This document shows positions 1 to 9,230 of a stretch of 64,000 bases of DNA, piece by piece. Numbering within the stretch: the stretch's first letter is position 1; every line of letters starts with the position of its first letter. The DNA comes from Chlamydiales bacterium (lineage in GTDB: Bacteria; Chlamydiota; Chlamydiia; Chlamydiales; JACRBE01). The stretch lies in the NCBI GenBank assembly GCA_016213235.1, contig JACRBE010000043.1, positions 18,407-82,406 of the forward strand, read 5' to 3'. A program made the position numbers and the translations under genes. The notes below the pieces were generated by a model. It did not search any database and was not told the origin of the DNA. It saw only the letters and a list, made by a program, of their open reading frames with translations.

Positions 1-980
1 TACATTTGGGCAAAAATTTCCTTAATGCCATCATCATATTTTTGCATTAATTCTTGCGCTTTTTGTGGATGAAGGTGGAATAGTTTTTCATAAATAATTA
101 AAGCATCTGCATGTTGATTTATTTCCAAATACAGCTTACCTAATCGATATAAGATGGTTTCATCGCCCGGCCGCAGGTGATTTAGTTTTTCATATTGATG
201 GATTTCTTCTTGTTTCATTTTTAAATTGCGGTAGCAGTAAGCTAGTTGTGCCTGTACCCATGGATCATCGGGAGATAATCGATCGATGATTTTTAATTCT
301 TCAATAGCAAGCTTTGTAATATGGGAAAATTGGATATCAAAGCGTTGTTGGTAGTAAGACTTGAAAAGAGGATATAATTTTTGATTTTTATATATTTTTG
401 ACATAGCAATGTATGTTTTAGCAAGATTGCTATGATATTGGATGTTTAATGGACTTATTTTAATTTGAGCTGTTTGTATATCAATAGCGCTGAGCATTAA
501 CCCTTCTTGCAAAAAATGTAGATCTTTTCCTGTAAAAGGATCCAGCATATGTTTTATAATCGGCACTTTTCTAAGAGGATTCCAGAGATCTGGTTTTTTA
601 TCTAAAATGTAGATAAGAGAAAAAATAGCACTAGATAAGGACTGCTGTTTATTAGCATGGTCAGATAGATAATGGGAGCATTCTTCAAGATACATCTCTT
701 TTAAAGATAAAAGTTGTTCTGGTTTTTTTGCATGAAAATAGTAAGAAAAGATAAGATAAGCAAAAAAAGAAAAAATCACAACAGATATAGCTACAGCAAG
801 ATAGGTAGAGGTTGGATACCAAATGTATAAAGAAAAAATCATGAGCAGTTCCATGCTTATTGCAAACAACATGGAAAAATGAAAAAGCAGGTGCGAAGAG
901 AGTATGGATTTCAATTGAGTTAATGTTTCAAACGAGAGTTGCTCTATTTGCTTATGTGTTTGATTAGAAGATGTTTGCAT
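1..980 (-). CDS. TPR-containing membrane protein (conserved chlamydial hypothetical); stop codon at or just beyond the window edge
   Basis: Not in the ORF track. Minus-strand ATG at 980 (MQTSSNQTHK...), two hydrophobic segments then YFHAKKPEQ. C-terminal TPR-like helices (PDDPWVQAQLAYCYRNLK...ILYRLGKLYLE). Frame ends ...FAQM followed by TA at positions 2-1. Confidence 0.75.
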   Translation of the reverse strand, partial: MQTSSNQTHKQIEQLSFETLTQLKSILSSHLLFHFSMLFAISMELLMIFSLYIWYPTSTYLAVAISVVIFSFFAYLIFSYYFHAKKPEQLLSLKEMYLEECSHYLSDHANKQQSLSSAIFSLIYILDKKPDLWNPLRKVPIIKHMLDPFTGKDLHFLQEGLMLSAIDIQTAQIKISPLNIQYHSNLAKTYIAMSKIYKNQKLYPLFKSYYQQRFDIQFSHITKLAIEELKIIDRLSPDDPWVQAQLAYCYRNLKMKQEEIHQYEKLNHLRPGDETILYRLGKLYLEINQHADALIIYEKLFHLHPQKAQELMQKYDDGIKEIFAQM

Positions 981-1074
981 AGTGAATGTCTTTGTTATTT
1001 ATTATGAATACAAAAAAATATAATTGCCTGTTTATTCACTAATGTACAAAAAGAAGTATTTTTCGAATATAGAA

Positions 1075-1092
1075 AGGGCACCCAAGTGCCCT
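1075..1092 (-). terminator. Probable intrinsic terminator
   Basis: AGGGCAC-ccaa-GTGCCCT stem just after the stop of the glycine-zipper gene; short T run follows on the minus strand. Confidence 0.55.
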
Positions 1093-1097
1093 AATCT

Positions 1098-1535
1098 TTA
1101 GGTAGAAATCATATAATTAATTACTTTTTGCGATACACCAGCATTTTCTAGTTCTTGTACTTTGTCTGTTGTCATTTTGTAATGACTGTTTGTCTTTTGA
1201 ATCATGCCAATGATAGTATCATCGGAAAGTCCTGATTTAGACATTTTTATCACATCATCATAACTTAGTTGCTGATTGTTATCGATTCGGTCTAGTGTTT
1301 GTGGGTGTTGTCTTTCCATTGTTTCTCTATCTTGTGCATCTAATGCGCTTCCAATTAAAGCCCCACCGATTACCCCAACAGCGCCGCCGATGAGGGCTCC
1401 TTGTCCTCCGCCGGCAATGCCACCTACAGCAGCTCCAAGACCGCCGCCTGCCAATATTCCTGTTTGTGTTTTTGTTTCACACCCCATTAAAAGGATACCT
1501 ATCATGGATAAAGAAAGTATTTTTAACTTCAACAT
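1098..1535 (-). CDS. Glycine-zipper lipoprotein
   Basis: Start moved to the ATG at 1535 (AGGAG RBS upstream). Lipobox LLMG|C; glycine zipper GGGLGAAVGGIAGGGQGALIGGAVG. Confidence 0.8.
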   Translation of the reverse strand: MLKLKILSLSMIGILLMGCETKTQTGILAGGGLGAAVGGIAGGGQGALIGGAVGVIGGALIGSALDAQDRETMERQHPQTLDRIDNNQQLSYDDVIKMSKSGLSDDTIIGMIQKTNSHYKMTTDKVQELENAGVSQKVINYMIST

Positions 1536-1611
1536 ACATACTCCTATATTTATTATTTGTATTTTTACAAATAACATAAAAAAATATAGTTGCAATGATT
1601 TTTTTAATCTC

Positions 1612-1838
1612 TTGGGTCTAATTCCTCGCAGCTTGCTGCGACATTGATTTTTGTGTAAACTGGCTGTATACGAGCGAGTACATACATAAAAACCTCAGTT
1701 ATGGGTTTCTGGGCAGATCTAGCTAACGACCGGGTACCATCGCCTGAGGAATAGGGCTATGCCTGTGATACACCTACAAGTAAGAGTGATGCTTTTCCGG
1801 CTAGTACGGTAAAGCATCCGGCAATGAGGACATATTGC
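1612..1838 (+). mobile_element. Non-autonomous remnant resembling the end and structured 5' leader of an IS200/IS605-type element (no transposase present)
   Basis: Tight hairpin TCGCAGC-TT-GCTGCGA at 1626-1641, then a GC-richer non-coding stretch with several stems, e.g. GATGCTTT 1788-1795 / AAAGCATC 1811-1818. Family call is from recalled similarity, not a search. Confidence 0.5.
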
Positions 1839-1868
1839 TAAAATGTTCAAATTGGTTTTTCGCAATTC

Positions 1869-2555
1869 CTAATCTTTAAATCGATATCCTACGCCACGAA
1901 CAGTATCAATCCAATCAAAATTAGGGCCTAATTTTTTTCTTAATGCTGCAATATGCACATCGATATTTCGATCAACGACAAATGCATCATCATTATGGAT
2001 ATCATCTAATAACTGGTTTCTTGTAAGTACCTTACCACGGTTTGTTAATAAACGTTTTAAAATACCGAACTCTGATAAAGTAATGGTAATAGATTTGTGC
2101 TCTTTTTTTAAGAGATACCGATCAATATCTAATGTAAAATTGCCGAATTGAATCGTTTTTGGCGCTTTATCCGTTTCTTTTGTTCTTCTTAATACGGCTT
2201 TTATTCTTGAAAAAAAAACTTTTGGAGAGAATGGTTTAGATACATAATCATCGGCGCCGAGTTCAAGACCGAGTACAATATCAATTTCATCATCTTTTGC
2301 AGTTAATATAACAACAGGGATGTGTTTTAAATCAGAATTGCTTTTAATTTTTCTACATACATCAAATCCATTTTGACCAGGCAACATGATGTCTAAAATA
2401 ACTAAGTCAGGCCGCTCTCTTTCTACAGCACGAAAGCCATTAATACCATCTACTTCTACATGCAGTTTATAGCCTGCAAGCTCTGCATGCAGCTTAATTA
2501 GCGCAGCAATATCTTCTTCATCTTCTATGAGTAATAGTCGTTTTTTTTGGCTCAT
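1869..2555 (-). CDS. OmpR/PhoB-family response regulator
   Basis: REC domain with EDE, phospho-Asp (VILDIMLPG), GADDYVSKPF; winged helix VDRNIDVHIAALRKKL...TVRGVGY. Confidence 0.93.
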   Translation of the reverse strand: MSQKKRLLLIEDEEDIAALIKLHAELAGYKLHVEVDGINGFRAVERERPDLVILDIMLPGQNGFDVCRKIKSNSDLKHIPVVILTAKDDEIDIVLGLELGADDYVSKPFSPKVFFSRIKAVLRRTKETDKAPKTIQFGNFTLDIDRYLLKKEHKSITITLSEFGILKRLLTNRGKVLTRNQLLDDIHNDDAFVVDRNIDVHIAALRKKLGPNFDWIDTVRGVGYRFKD

Positions 2556-2665
2556 AGGGTACCTCTATTTTTAATGTTCAATATTTATGTAAAAAAGGAA
2601 CTTTTGCTCATTCTAAAAATCTAAAGAGATTTTTACCATGAAAAATTAATACAATCTTGATTTTT

Positions 2666-3310
2666 TTAATGATTCTCTTGGTTTGGGATCACTAGTTCTT
2701 GTCCTACTACAATTAAATCACTTTGCATGTGATTGGCCTTTTTTAACATCTCAATGCTAATTTGATGTTTTTTTGCTATTTTTTCTAAGGAATCTCCTGC
2801 TTTTACTATATAGCTTCCTTTTGTATCAAGCAAAGAAGTGAGGTCATCTTTTACCTGCTTCATTTCTTTGATTACATTATTTTGCTGGCGCATGAATTTT
2901 TCTAATTCTAAAAATTTTGACTTATACTCTGTTAGCGCCATATACATTTCTTTTGAATGGTCCTGATACTTTTTGAAATCCTGCAAGATTTCTGTTTGTT
3001 TTTTCTCCATCCGATCGATTTTTTTATCTAATTGAGATGTCTTTTCTTCAAGAGTTTTTAACATAGTGGCATATTCATCAAAAGTTTCTTCCTTTAATAT
3101 GGAGATGCTATCGTCATGATTTACCAACTTTCCTTCTAAAATATGTAATTCCATTTGATGAGTATTTAAATCATGCTTAATTTCTTCGAGGTCTGTACGA
3201 ATTTTATGCATAGAAACCTCTACTCTCTCTTTTTCCTGTCTTGAGGTAGAGTTGATGGTTGTACATCCCATCATAATCAGGGGAATGAAAATAACAAATT
3301 TACTTAACAT
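2666..3310 (-). CDS. LysM-domain coiled-coil lipoprotein of the tol-pal cluster
   Basis: Lipobox MMG|C, long coiled coil, C-terminal LysM YIVKAGDSLEKIAKK...IVVGQELVIP. Confidence 0.85.
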   Translation of the reverse strand: MLSKFVIFIPLIMMGCTTINSTSRQEKERVEVSMHKIRTDLEEIKHDLNTHQMELHILEGKLVNHDDSISILKEETFDEYATMLKTLEEKTSQLDKKIDRMEKKQTEILQDFKKYQDHSKEMYMALTEYKSKFLELEKFMRQQNNVIKEMKQVKDDLTSLLDTKGSYIVKAGDSLEKIAKKHQISIEMLKKANHMQSDLIVVGQELVIPNQENH

Positions 3311-3312
3311 AA

Positions 3313-3996
3313 TTATCTAATTGAACCGCTTTGTTGGTCATAAATTTTAAATTCTACACGTCTATTTTTTGCTCTTGCAGAAGAGGTAATTCCGTGTACT
3401 AACGGGCGTTCTTTTCCATAAGATATAGTATAGAGTTGATTTGGGTTAACCCCTGCTTTTATTAAAAGGCCTCTAATATAATTAGCTCGCTTAGCTCCCA
3501 GAGTTAAATTATAACTTTCAGAAGCGCGATCATCGCAGTGACCTGCTACAAATACATAAACGTTTGGATGTTGTTTTAAATAATCCGCGATGCTTTGTAC
3601 TAATTGTAGTTGATCTTTTTGTGATAAGATGTGTTCGTCGGTATTGAAATGCAAATTTTTAAAAATGGAGGCGAGTTTATTTGAAGGATCTCGGAATTTG
3701 TCGATACCTGGAACTTTTGAGCCCACGGCGCCTGGGTCATCTTTTGGTTGTGGCGCTGTATAGTCAATATATTGTGTGTTTAAGTCATTGTCTTGCAGCG
3801 CAATAAACTCTTCTGTTTGAGGTCCATAAAATTCTGCTGCTGACTGAACAGATTTAGAATCAAGATCTTTACTAAAAAGAGATTTACCCTTTCTATTTAA
3901 ATATCTTGCTGCCGTTTTTGTTTCTTCCCACATATCAGTGGAATGCTGGCAACCGGTTATAAAAAATATACAAATAACAAATAAATAATGTTTCAT
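3313..3996 (-). CDS. pal: Peptidoglycan-associated lipoprotein Pal
   Basis: Lipobox ITG|C; OmpA-C motif GHCDDRASESYNLTLGAKRA...SYGKERP...NRRVEF; downstream of tolB. Confidence 0.9.
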   Translation of the reverse strand: MKHYLFVICIFFITGCQHSTDMWEETKTAARYLNRKGKSLFSKDLDSKSVQSAAEFYGPQTEEFIALQDNDLNTQYIDYTAPQPKDDPGAVGSKVPGIDKFRDPSNKLASIFKNLHFNTDEHILSQKDQLQLVQSIADYLKQHPNVYVFVAGHCDDRASESYNLTLGAKRANYIRGLLIKAGVNPNQLYTISYGKERPLVHGITSSARAKNRRVEFKIYDQQSGSIR

Positions 3997-4003
3997 AGCC
4001 CCT

Positions 4004-5356
4004 CTACTTTAGTATCACTTCCCATGAAGGATAATGTTTGATCCCTTCACCACTTGTAATTTTCATTGGTTTTTGATCATTTAAATTAATGATAAAAATA
4101 TCAGATTTCGGAGTAGTTGTATTATATACCAGATGTAAGCTGTTTGGCGCAAAGGAAGGATTTTCTTTATCACCATCCCCAAAGGTTAACTGATATTCTG
4201 CTTTTTTCTCAAAGTCATATATCCAAATCTGACGAGCTCCTTCTGTTTTTGCGCAATAAGCAATTTTTTTACCATCGGGAGACCAGCAAGGAGATGTGTT
4301 TTCTTTGTTCTTTGTTGTAATGCATTGGATGTGAGGTAGAATATTACTATTAGTAGCGGTGCTTAAATCAATAATGTAAATTTTAGGCGTATGGTCTTTA
4401 TCTGATACGAAAGCAATTTGCCTGCCGTCTGGGCTAAAGGTAGGAGAAGCCTGTACAGATTGAGGATAAGAGTATAGCTGAATAGGTTTAGATAAAACTC
4501 CTTTATCCGGATCAAATTGTTGAACAAATAAATCAGGACGACCCGCAGCATCAGAAATATAGGCGATATGATCAGATTGTTTAGAAACGGCAGGCAGTAA
4601 TTGATTTCCTCTCAAGTCAACAAGGGGCATGCCTTTGGACTGCCCTATCACGCTATAATAAATTTTTGGTTGTCCATTTTTATAACATACATACATAAAT
4701 TGGTTTTTATTTGGGAAAAATTGAGGACAAATAGAGTAACTATTTTCTTTTGTTAACTGCTTCACTTGTTTCCCATCATAATCCATTATATAAATTTCAG
4801 AGAGCCAATTTTGCTCAGTTCCTCCTTGATTTGCATTGCAATAGGAGTAAATGATTTTTGTTCGTGCAATGCCATCTATACCATATATTCTCTTATGTAT
4901 GCTGTCAGAAACCTGATGAATAAGATTTCTATCTTTTTGGATATCCCCAGATAGAGAAACATCTTGGAAGTTTGTCAATGTGGAAGAAGCAGCATCGAAT
5001 AATGAAAGTTTTAAGATGTTTTTGTCTATTTTTCCAATGATAAGATGTTTAATTGATAATTGCTTTAAGGTGTCTTGATGCAGAGCATTTTTTGTGTTTT
5101 GATGAAAGCGTTTGTCGATTTCGGAATTTTGAGATACTACATGAGAATGCCCATCTAGTTCAAAGTCGGTTTTCATGATCATGGTTAATTCATGAACATA
5201 TTCGAAAGATAACATAGAATCTATCTTTTGAAAGGATACGATATAAAGAGGGTTTTGTTGTGGGTAGAGGGCTAAATAAACAACGGCATCTTCTTTAGAA
5301 AAGAGACAACTTGTTAAGAGGAGGGAAAAGAAAGTGATCCATAATTGTTTTCTCAT
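4004..5356 (-). CDS. tolB: Tol-Pal system protein TolB
   Basis: Signal peptide; PD40 repeats (SPTFSPDGRQIAFVSD, SPCWSPDGKKIAY). Confidence 0.92.
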   Translation of the reverse strand: MRKQLWITFFSLLLTSCLFSKEDAVVYLALYPQQNPLYIVSFQKIDSMLSFEYVHELTMIMKTDFELDGHSHVVSQNSEIDKRFHQNTKNALHQDTLKQLSIKHLIIGKIDKNILKLSLFDAASSTLTNFQDVSLSGDIQKDRNLIHQVSDSIHKRIYGIDGIARTKIIYSYCNANQGGTEQNWLSEIYIMDYDGKQVKQLTKENSYSICPQFFPNKNQFMYVCYKNGQPKIYYSVIGQSKGMPLVDLRGNQLLPAVSKQSDHIAYISDAAGRPDLFVQQFDPDKGVLSKPIQLYSYPQSVQASPTFSPDGRQIAFVSDKDHTPKIYIIDLSTATNSNILPHIQCITTKNKENTSPCWSPDGKKIAYCAKTEGARQIWIYDFEKKAEYQLTFGDGDKENPSFAPNSLHLVYNTTTPKSDIFIINLNDQKPMKITSGEGIKHYPSWEVILK

Positions 5357-6030
5357 GTTTCCTCACGAAAAATAACTGTTAACGCAATCGGCTCATCAGC
5401 TAATTTTGGTAAGTACAGCTTAGGCAACTCTTCTTTTAAATAATTTGCGTTTTGTATGCTCTTCGTATGAATGATTTGAATATTAGCAATCTTGCCATTT
5501 GGTTGTACAGTGATACTTACTTTAATCTCTCCTTTTTCTGGTAATTGCAAGTTGTTTTGGAAATAAGAAAATAGCTCACCACAGTCTATCTCAGGCTGCG
5601 TATGATCGTTGGATGGTTCAATAGAAGAGAGTTGAAGAGGTTTTGGGAGCTGAACATTGTTTTTTGGTAATTCTTTTTGTTGCAGTTGTTTTAAGTTTTT
5701 ATCTAATTTGCTTAGCAACTGTTTTGCTTTTAATTGTTTTGCATTCTTTGGAGTTTTAATTGCAGGTTCTTCTACATTTTTTTTAACAGTAGGTGTTTTT
5801 GGAGTTTTTTGTTTTTGTGTAGGAGGAGGTTTTACTTCTTTTACTTTATTAGTAGGTGCTGGTTGCTCTATTGCTGGCACTATAAAAGATTCTTTAATGG
5901 AGCGTACAATAATTTTGTGTTTTTGCTCTTTTTTTGGCGGTTTTATGAAGTAAGATGGCACGAAAAAAGCTGCAAGATGAAAGGTGAAAACAATGCTCCA
6001 AATAATATAAGAATAGTGTAATTTTCTCAT
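5353..6030 (-). CDS. TolA/TonB-like energy transducer
   Basis: N-terminal TM with His, Pro/Lys-rich linker, TonB-C-like end; lies between tolR and tolB. Confidence 0.7.
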   Translation of the reverse strand: MRKLHYSYIIWSIVFTFHLAAFFVPSYFIKPPKKEQKHKIIVRSIKESFIVPAIEQPAPTNKVKEVKPPPTQKQKTPKTPTVKKNVEEPAIKTPKNAKQLKAKQLLSKLDKNLKQLQQKELPKNNVQLPKPLQLSSIEPSNDHTQPEIDCGELFSYFQNNLQLPEKGEIKVSITVQPNGKIANIQIIHTKSIQNANYLKEELPKLYLPKLADEPIALTVIFREET

Positions 6031-6452
6031 TTTGATTGCAGAATCACATCCATTTCTTTAAACCCGGCTATTTCCAAACTTGTCTTAACTGCTTGATAGG
6101 TTCCAAAGTATGCATGTTGATCGTGATATAATTTAGGACAACTTTGAGGAAATTCTTTATAGAGCTTTAGCAATAAAGGCTGGAGTTGATCGATGGAAAT
6201 AAATTGATGATTGATCATGATGCGATTGTCTTGCAGCACTGTGATGATAATAGGATCTTTTTCCATATAGGAGATCTGCTGTTTTTGTTCAGAGGGTATT
6301 TCAGAAGGAGCAAGGCTAATTTTATCTAGTTCAATGAATGGGGTGATAAAAATAAATAAAATAAGTATTACGAATAAGACATCAAGTAGTGGTGTTAGAT
6401 TAACAAGAGAGCTAAGGTCATCATCATCGAGGCCTTGATTGCGATGTTTCAT
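6027..6452 (-). CDS. tolR: ExbD/TolR family protein
   Basis: NLTPLLDVLFVILILFI motif. Confidence 0.88.
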   Translation of the reverse strand: MKHRNQGLDDDDLSSLVNLTPLLDVLFVILILFIFITPFIELDKISLAPSEIPSEQKQQISYMEKDPIIITVLQDNRIMINHQFISIDQLQPLLLKLYKEFPQSCPKLYHDQHAYFGTYQAVKTSLEIAGFKEMDVILQSK

Positions 6453-7207
6453 TGTTTTAACTCCACGTTCCTATATTGCAACTCAATATGGGAGAGTAGG
6501 TCGTATGCAAAATGGTTCATATCGGAGTAAATGTTTTTTATCATATTTTTTAGATAGCTATAGCAAACAAGAGCTGGTATTGCAATAACAAGGCCAAGTA
6601 CAGTTGTTGCAAGAGCTGTAGATAATCCGCTTAAGATAACGGAGTTAGATTGAAAAGATCCGCCACCGTTTTGCATCTCAAATAGACTAATTAAAATGCC
6701 CCATACGGTGCCTAATATGCCAAGAAAAGGAGCCAGGGAGACAATCATAGAAAGGATAAATAAGTTTTTTTCAAGACACTTCACCTGTTTATCGATAAGG
6801 GCATTTAATTGTAGGTCAATAAGCTCGATATCAGATTTTGTTAAAAACACGTTGGTTTTTGTTTCACCTATGTCTTTTGATAAAAAGAAATGGTTCTTTT
6901 TCAAGATATCAATAACACGTTGTTTGACATTGAGATAAATTTCTGCATAAGGATTCACAATATCTCTCCAAATAAATTTCGGAAACAGATCGGTTGGGAT
7001 TTGTAAGATATTGTTTTTTTGTTTTTCTAATGCCGCCTGAAATTGTGGAGATGATTTTTTTATTTGATATAATACCCATGATTTTTGAATTAATACAATC
7101 CAGCAAAGAATGGATAAGAAAAAGAGTCCCATAAAGATAGCTTTCCCAAAAAAATCAGAAGCAGCGTAGGATTTAAAAATTAATCCAGAAATAGCAATAT
7201 AATGCAT
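6449..7207 (-). CDS. tolQ: MotA/TolQ/ExbB proton channel protein
   Basis: APFLGILGTVWGI and ALATTVLGLVIAIPA motifs. Confidence 0.9.
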   Translation of the reverse strand: MHYIAISGLIFKSYAASDFFGKAIFMGLFFLSILCWIVLIQKSWVLYQIKKSSPQFQAALEKQKNNILQIPTDLFPKFIWRDIVNPYAEIYLNVKQRVIDILKKNHFFLSKDIGETKTNVFLTKSDIELIDLQLNALIDKQVKCLEKNLFILSMIVSLAPFLGILGTVWGILISLFEMQNGGGSFQSNSVILSGLSTALATTVLGLVIAIPALVCYSYLKNMIKNIYSDMNHFAYDLLSHIELQYRNVELKQ

Positions 7208-7271
7208 AATTTGTATGTTCCTTGTAAACGTAAGATAAATGGAAAAGAATTTTTCTTAAAGGATAATTAAC

Positions 7272-8033
7272 ATGTATATTGATTCTCATGCTCATATTAC
7301 TAGCGATGAGCTATATCCAACTGTTGAAAATATTTTACAAAGAGCAAAGCTAGCAGATGTCCAATATATTTTAAACATTTGTACCGATGCATCCACTTTG
7401 CAAAGAGGATTAGAGGTGCATCTAAGGCATCCTTGGGTGATGAATGCAGGAGCAACGACTCCCCATGATGTACTTACTTTAGGAGAAAAGGACTTTCTTC
7501 TTTTTGAGAAATCGGCATTATCTGGCAAACTTGTAGCAGTTGGGGAAACGGGATTAGATTATCATTACGAGCGCTCCCCAAAAGCACTCCAACAAGAATA
7601 TTTAATTCGATATTTTGATCTTGCAAAAAGAGCGAATCTCCCTGTAGTGATCCACTGTAGAGATGCATTTGAAGATCTATTTAGCATGGCAGATAAGTAT
7701 TATAGAAGTAATCGCGCCATTTTACATTGTTTTACCGGCACATTGGAAGAAGCAAAAGAAGTGGTAAAAAGAGGATGGAAGATCTCTTTTAGCGGTATTG
7801 TTACCTTTAAAAAGTCGGAAGACTTAAGACGAGTGTTTTCTGAGATACCCATGTCTTCGATTTTAATAGAGACAGATGCTCCTTATTTGGCTCCCGGCAA
7901 GTATCGGGGGAAAATAAATGAGCCAGGCTATATTACAGAAACATACCGATTGATTGCTGACCGTTTATCTATCGATGTGGGTCATCTATGTAACATAGTT
8001 GTTAACAACTTTCAATCCATTATCACTGGCTGA
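7272..8033 (+). CDS. tatD: TatD family DNase
   Basis: DSHAH, VGETGLDY, IHCRDA, LHCFTG, ETDAPYL motifs. Confidence 0.93.
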   Translation: MYIDSHAHITSDELYPTVENILQRAKLADVQYILNICTDASTLQRGLEVHLRHPWVMNAGATTPHDVLTLGEKDFLLFEKSALSGKLVAVGETGLDYHYERSPKALQQEYLIRYFDLAKRANLPVVIHCRDAFEDLFSMADKYYRSNRAILHCFTGTLEEAKEVVKRGWKISFSGIVTFKKSEDLRRVFSEIPMSSILIETDAPYLAPGKYRGKINEPGYITETYRLIADRLSIDVGHLCNIVVNNFQSIITG

Positions 8034-8186
8034 TCTGGTGTTTGTTAGATTCGGAAACAGCACATGGCAGAGCAGAACCATGGAATGAGTTGTATTTTTA
8101 TTACGAGAGCATTGAAGTTTTTTCTTTTTCAAAAACGATAAATTATCGATGATGGCAAACACACAGTTTATTTTTGATGGAGATCT

Positions 8187-9215
8187 ATGACTGGGAAAAC
8201 ATATCTGGTACCGCGGGCATTTATCTGGAGACGAGTGCATTCTTTAACAGGATTGCTCATTGTATTATTTTTGGTAGAACATTTGCTAACAAACTCTCAA
8301 GCTGCACTTTTTTTTGGAGATGATGGCAATGGTTTTGTCAGAGCTGTAAACGCTATTCATCATTTGCCTTATCTTTCTGTTATAGAAATAGTATTAATTG
8401 GAATTCCTATTTTATTTCATGGGATGTTAGGGATTCGTTATGCCTTTATGGGAAAACATAATGCTCATCGCAGCGACGGTACAAAACCATCCATGCGAGA
8501 ATTTGGGAGAAATAGAGCTTATAGTTGGCAGCGCTACACTGCTTGGATCGTGCTCATAGGTATCATAGGTCATGTAGGATTTATGAGATTTTATGCATAC
8601 CCTCTTGTAGCAAAAGAAAATGGGCATGAGTCTTACTTTATTCGATTACATATGGATCCTGGTCTTTATACGGTTGCAAAGAGACTACATGTAGAGTTGT
8701 TTGATCAAAGTCAAATTGATGAGAAAAAAAGAGAGTTGCAGGAAATGGATAGTAAAATGATGGTTTTACAATCCAACATGGCAAGTGTAGAAAATAAGCT
8801 AATGCAGGAGATGTCTGAAAGGCAAGAGATCAGCTATGATGCGGAAAATGCCGCTATGTTAGATAGCATGCAAACATGGAAACAAAAAAAGCAGTGGGTT
8901 GCAGCATTAACAGCAAGGGGTCTTTATCAGGGGCAGGTGATTGGAGTAGCAAGCGAATTTGGCGATGCAATTTTATTGAATGTAAGAGATGCATTTAAAA
9001 ATGTTATCGTTGCAGTGTTATATACTATCTTTGTGCTGGCGACCTGTTTTCATGCATTTAATGGACTGTGGACATTTTGTATTACATGGGGTGTGATTTT
9101 ACAAGCTAGAGCTCAATCTCGCATGGTTAATGTCTGCATAGGGATTATGGTGGTTGTTGCACTTCTTGGACTAGCATCCATTTGGGGAACATATTGGGTG
9201 AATTTAAAATATTAA
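8187..9215 (+). CDS. sdhC: Succinate dehydrogenase cytochrome b558 subunit
   Basis: RRVHSLTG, EHLLTN, GHV and FHAFNGLWTF heme-ligand motifs; first gene of sdhCAB. Confidence 0.88.
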   Translation: MTGKTYLVPRAFIWRRVHSLTGLLIVLFLVEHLLTNSQAALFFGDDGNGFVRAVNAIHHLPYLSVIEIVLIGIPILFHGMLGIRYAFMGKHNAHRSDGTKPSMREFGRNRAYSWQRYTAWIVLIGIIGHVGFMRFYAYPLVAKENGHESYFIRLHMDPGLYTVAKRLHVELFDQSQIDEKKRELQEMDSKMMVLQSNMASVENKLMQEMSERQEISYDAENAAMLDSMQTWKQKKQWVAALTARGLYQGQVIGVASEFGDAILLNVRDAFKNVIVAVLYTIFVLATCFHAFNGLWTFCITWGVILQARAQSRMVNVCIGIMVVVALLGLASIWGTYWVNLKY

Positions 9216-9230
9216 TCGAAGGGAAAAAGC

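Noticed and set aside
1741-1770. CTGAGGA as a hammerhead ribozyme core
   Set aside because: It fits CUGANGA, but no stem II followed by GAAA could be placed.
1869-2555. Calling the regulator chxR or phoB
   Set aside because: It keeps the phospho-Asp, unlike ChxR, and there is no pst/pho context to justify phoB.
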